Shown here: positions 63,271-64,000 of the stretch, one piece after another
How the letters are laid out: every line of letters starts with the position of its first letter
Position numbering within the stretch: the stretch's first letter is position 1
Assembly: GCF_021028975.2 (NCBI RefSeq)
Contig: NC_059428.1
Coordinates: 109,678,001-109,742,000 of the forward strand
Direction: 5' to 3'
From: Sphaerodactylus townsendi
Taxonomy: Eukaryota
Length of the DNA stretch: 64,000 nt
Translations under genes and position numbers: made by a program
The notes under the pieces: generated by a model
Seen by the model: only the letters and a program-made list of their open reading frames with translations
Told to the model about the DNA's origin: nothing
The model's database searches: none

Positions 63271-63629
63271 CTGCTCTGTTGTTTTATGTGCTTTTATGTT
63301 CCTGGATTTTTAATGGTGGTTAATTTCAGTGATCTTTACCTTGTCTTACTTCGTGAGTGACCTGGAGCAACTCTCTGAAGAGGTGGCACGTACACATTTT
63401 AAATAAATCAGGACATTTCTTGACACTTTCCAGAAATGTGTTTGCTTGCCAAGTGAATGAACCAAGCCTTCACTTAATTATGTTAAAAATTATTTGAGAC
63501 TTTTAAATGGCTACATGGATGTAAAACAAGTTATATATTTAAATTGTGCACATTTTTGTGCCAGATGCTGTACTTCTGAGCAGCAGCAGCAAATTTTAAT
63601 GGTAAGCTTAAGTCAATTTCTGCCTATCT

Positions 63630-63900
63630 AAGCATAAGCATAAGCATTTTACTGTCATTGTGCACGCACAACGAAATTTACAGCAGCACTCCTCGATGCA
63701 CACAATTTCAGACTCATACATCATCCTCACTTTCTCCTTCCTCCACCCATCCCTACACAGCCCCAAACACATCAACATGAAGCTGCGGAGTTTAGCATAG
63801 CCACAGCTCTAGAGTAAAAGCTGTCTCTAAGCCTCTTTGTCCTAGTTTTGATAGACCTGTATAGTCTGCCAGATGGTAACAGTTCAAAAAGAGAGTGTTC
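63630..63900 (-). mobile_element. Rex1/Babar-type LINE 3' end
   Basis: Minus strand reads HSLFELLPSGRLYRSIKTRTKRLRDSFYSRAVAMLN; short (AGCATA)n tail. Confidence 0.7.
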
Positions 63901-63914
63901 TTCTATCTATCCAT

Positions 63915-64000
63915 CTGACTGGATAGCCCAGGGTAGTCTGATCTCATCAGATCTCAGAAGCTAAGCAAGGTTGACTCTGGCATTTATTTGAATGGAAAAC
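63915..64000 (+). mobile_element. 5S rRNA-derived SINE head (not a functional 5S gene)
   Basis: ctgatctcatcagatctcagaagctaagcaagg resembles 5S CCGATCTCGTCTGATCTCGGAAGCTAAGCAGGG with CpG decay; related minus-strand copies near 7345-7550, 18384-18580, 36980-37170 and 57560-57710. Confidence 0.65.

Noticed and set aside
63915-64000. 5S rRNA gene
   Set aside because: Many substitutions and CpG loss; related copies elsewhere are fused to SINE tails

Overview
Vertebrate nuclear DNA, not prokaryotic. The repeat content (tRNA- and 5S-derived SINEs, L2, CR1, RTE, Rex1, Penelope-like remnants, hAT MITEs) points to a squamate, probably a gecko. The window is the ACOD1-CLN5-FBXL3-MYCBP2 syntenic block. 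I reconstructed five spliced genes by hand from GT-AG boundaries and frame continuity. ACOD1/IRG1 (+, 5 coding exons, 3604-13912, 482 aa) is intact. An extra GATD3/ES1/ElbB-like DJ-1-superfamily gene (-, 4 coding exons, 17523-23205, 225 aa) has no mitochondrial presequence and lies tail-to-tail with ACOD1 and head-to-head with CLN5. CLN5 (+, 4 exons, 24209-31775) has an apparent 2-nt frameshift at about 31335 just before its catalytic Cys. FBXL3 (-, non-coding exon 1 plus 4 coding exons, 39324-49784, 434 aa) is intact. The last four exons of MYCBP2 (-, 59212-62269) run off the window. The most interesting points are the leaderless, Cys-rich GATD3 paralogue between the itaconate synthase and CLN5, the CLN5 frameshift (real allele or assembly error), MiT/TFE-type E-boxes in the shared promoter, a palindromic hAT MITE family carrying paired ACTACAnnTCCCA (ZNF143/THAP11-type) motifs, and decayed hammerhead-ribozyme motifs in Penelope-like fragments. 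Comparisons to human proteins and repeat consensus sequences are from memory, not from searches.
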